DNA of 60,418 nt, the filler included, from Catajapyx aquilonaris (Eukaryota): assembly GCA_000934665.2 (NCBI GenBank). It is 2 parts of 2 records of this genome, joined end to end, with 100 filler letters (N's around TTAATTAATTAA, not from the genome) between each part and the next. Parts side by side here need not be neighbours in the genome. Positions count along the whole stretch, not along the records: positions 30,252 to 60,418 come from KZ539194.1; 1 more part is not named here. One strand, written 5' to 3'. How positions within the stretch are numbered: position 1 is the stretch's first letter; each line of letters starts with the position of its first letter. The notes below the pieces were generated by a model. That model saw nothing but the letters and a program-made list of their open reading frames with translations. It had not been told where the DNA came from and made no database searches. This document shows, one piece after another, positions 60,046-60,418 of this stretch. The position numbers and the translations under genes are program-made.

Positions 60046-60418
60046 GACTATCAATTCGGAGCGCAGTGACCCTGGCGAAGTTGCAGAAGGCCATCAGGTG
60101 GAAACGACCAGGATTGCTCACTGCTGGGGTCATCCTTCTCCACGACAACGCCCGTCCGGACACATCGAGGGACACCATGGCTTTGCTGAATGGATACGAC
60201 TGGGAAGTTCTTCCTCACACACCCTATAGTCCTGACCTAGCCCTCACAGACTATCACTTATTCAGAGCCCTGAAAGCAGACATGGCAGGTCAGCATCTCC
60301 GAAGCGACGATGAGGTGAAGAAGGCTGCGTGACTGGTGCTGTCAACAGGGCACCCCTTTCTATTGGGAAGGGATTCAGAAACTGGTCTGGCGATGGGACA
60401 AGTGCGTTCTTCGGTGTG
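60046..60418 (+). pseudogene. mariner transposase C-terminal fragment (right arm)
   Basis: TINSER / TLAKLQKAIRWKRPGLLTAGVILLHDNARP...YSPDLALTDYHLF...DDEVKK, with a frameshift before DW. Confidence 0.93.

Larger units (their letters stand above)
59609..60418. mobile_element. mariner (DD34D) derivative rearranged as a 3'-3' palindrome; runs off the window
   Basis: TA|CGAGGAGTGATCAAAAAGT terminus. The left arm (to 60038) is the reverse complement of the right arm (from 60108), separated by a 69-bp spacer. Confidence 0.93.

Overview
Eukaryotic genomic DNA, most likely from an invertebrate animal (roughly 40% GC by eye, two assembly gaps). I recognise no intact conserved host gene. The window is a dense set of old and nested mobile elements: at least six tRNA-derived SINE copies (two with a V-type central domain), many non-autonomous DNA transposons whose TIRs and TSDs can be read directly (hAT, PIF/Harbinger, Tc1/mariner, piggyBac, Sola-, Kolobok- and Academ-like), a solo LTR containing a piggyBac MITE that itself contains a 5'-truncated LINE, and a mariner rebuilt as a 3'-3' palindrome. 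The most unusual items are (i) a 1.6 kb TAG...CTA foldback element made almost entirely of 165-bp repeat units, (ii) a spliced orphan gene with a CENP-B/pogo-like HTH motif, (iii) several decayed orphan coding relics (C2H2 finger, CUB-like, possible Polinton polB-like, a very basic small ORF), (iv) unrelated SINE heads sharing one 3' tail, and (v) many unrelated near-perfect palindromes. All family assignments come from visual motif recognition, not database searches.
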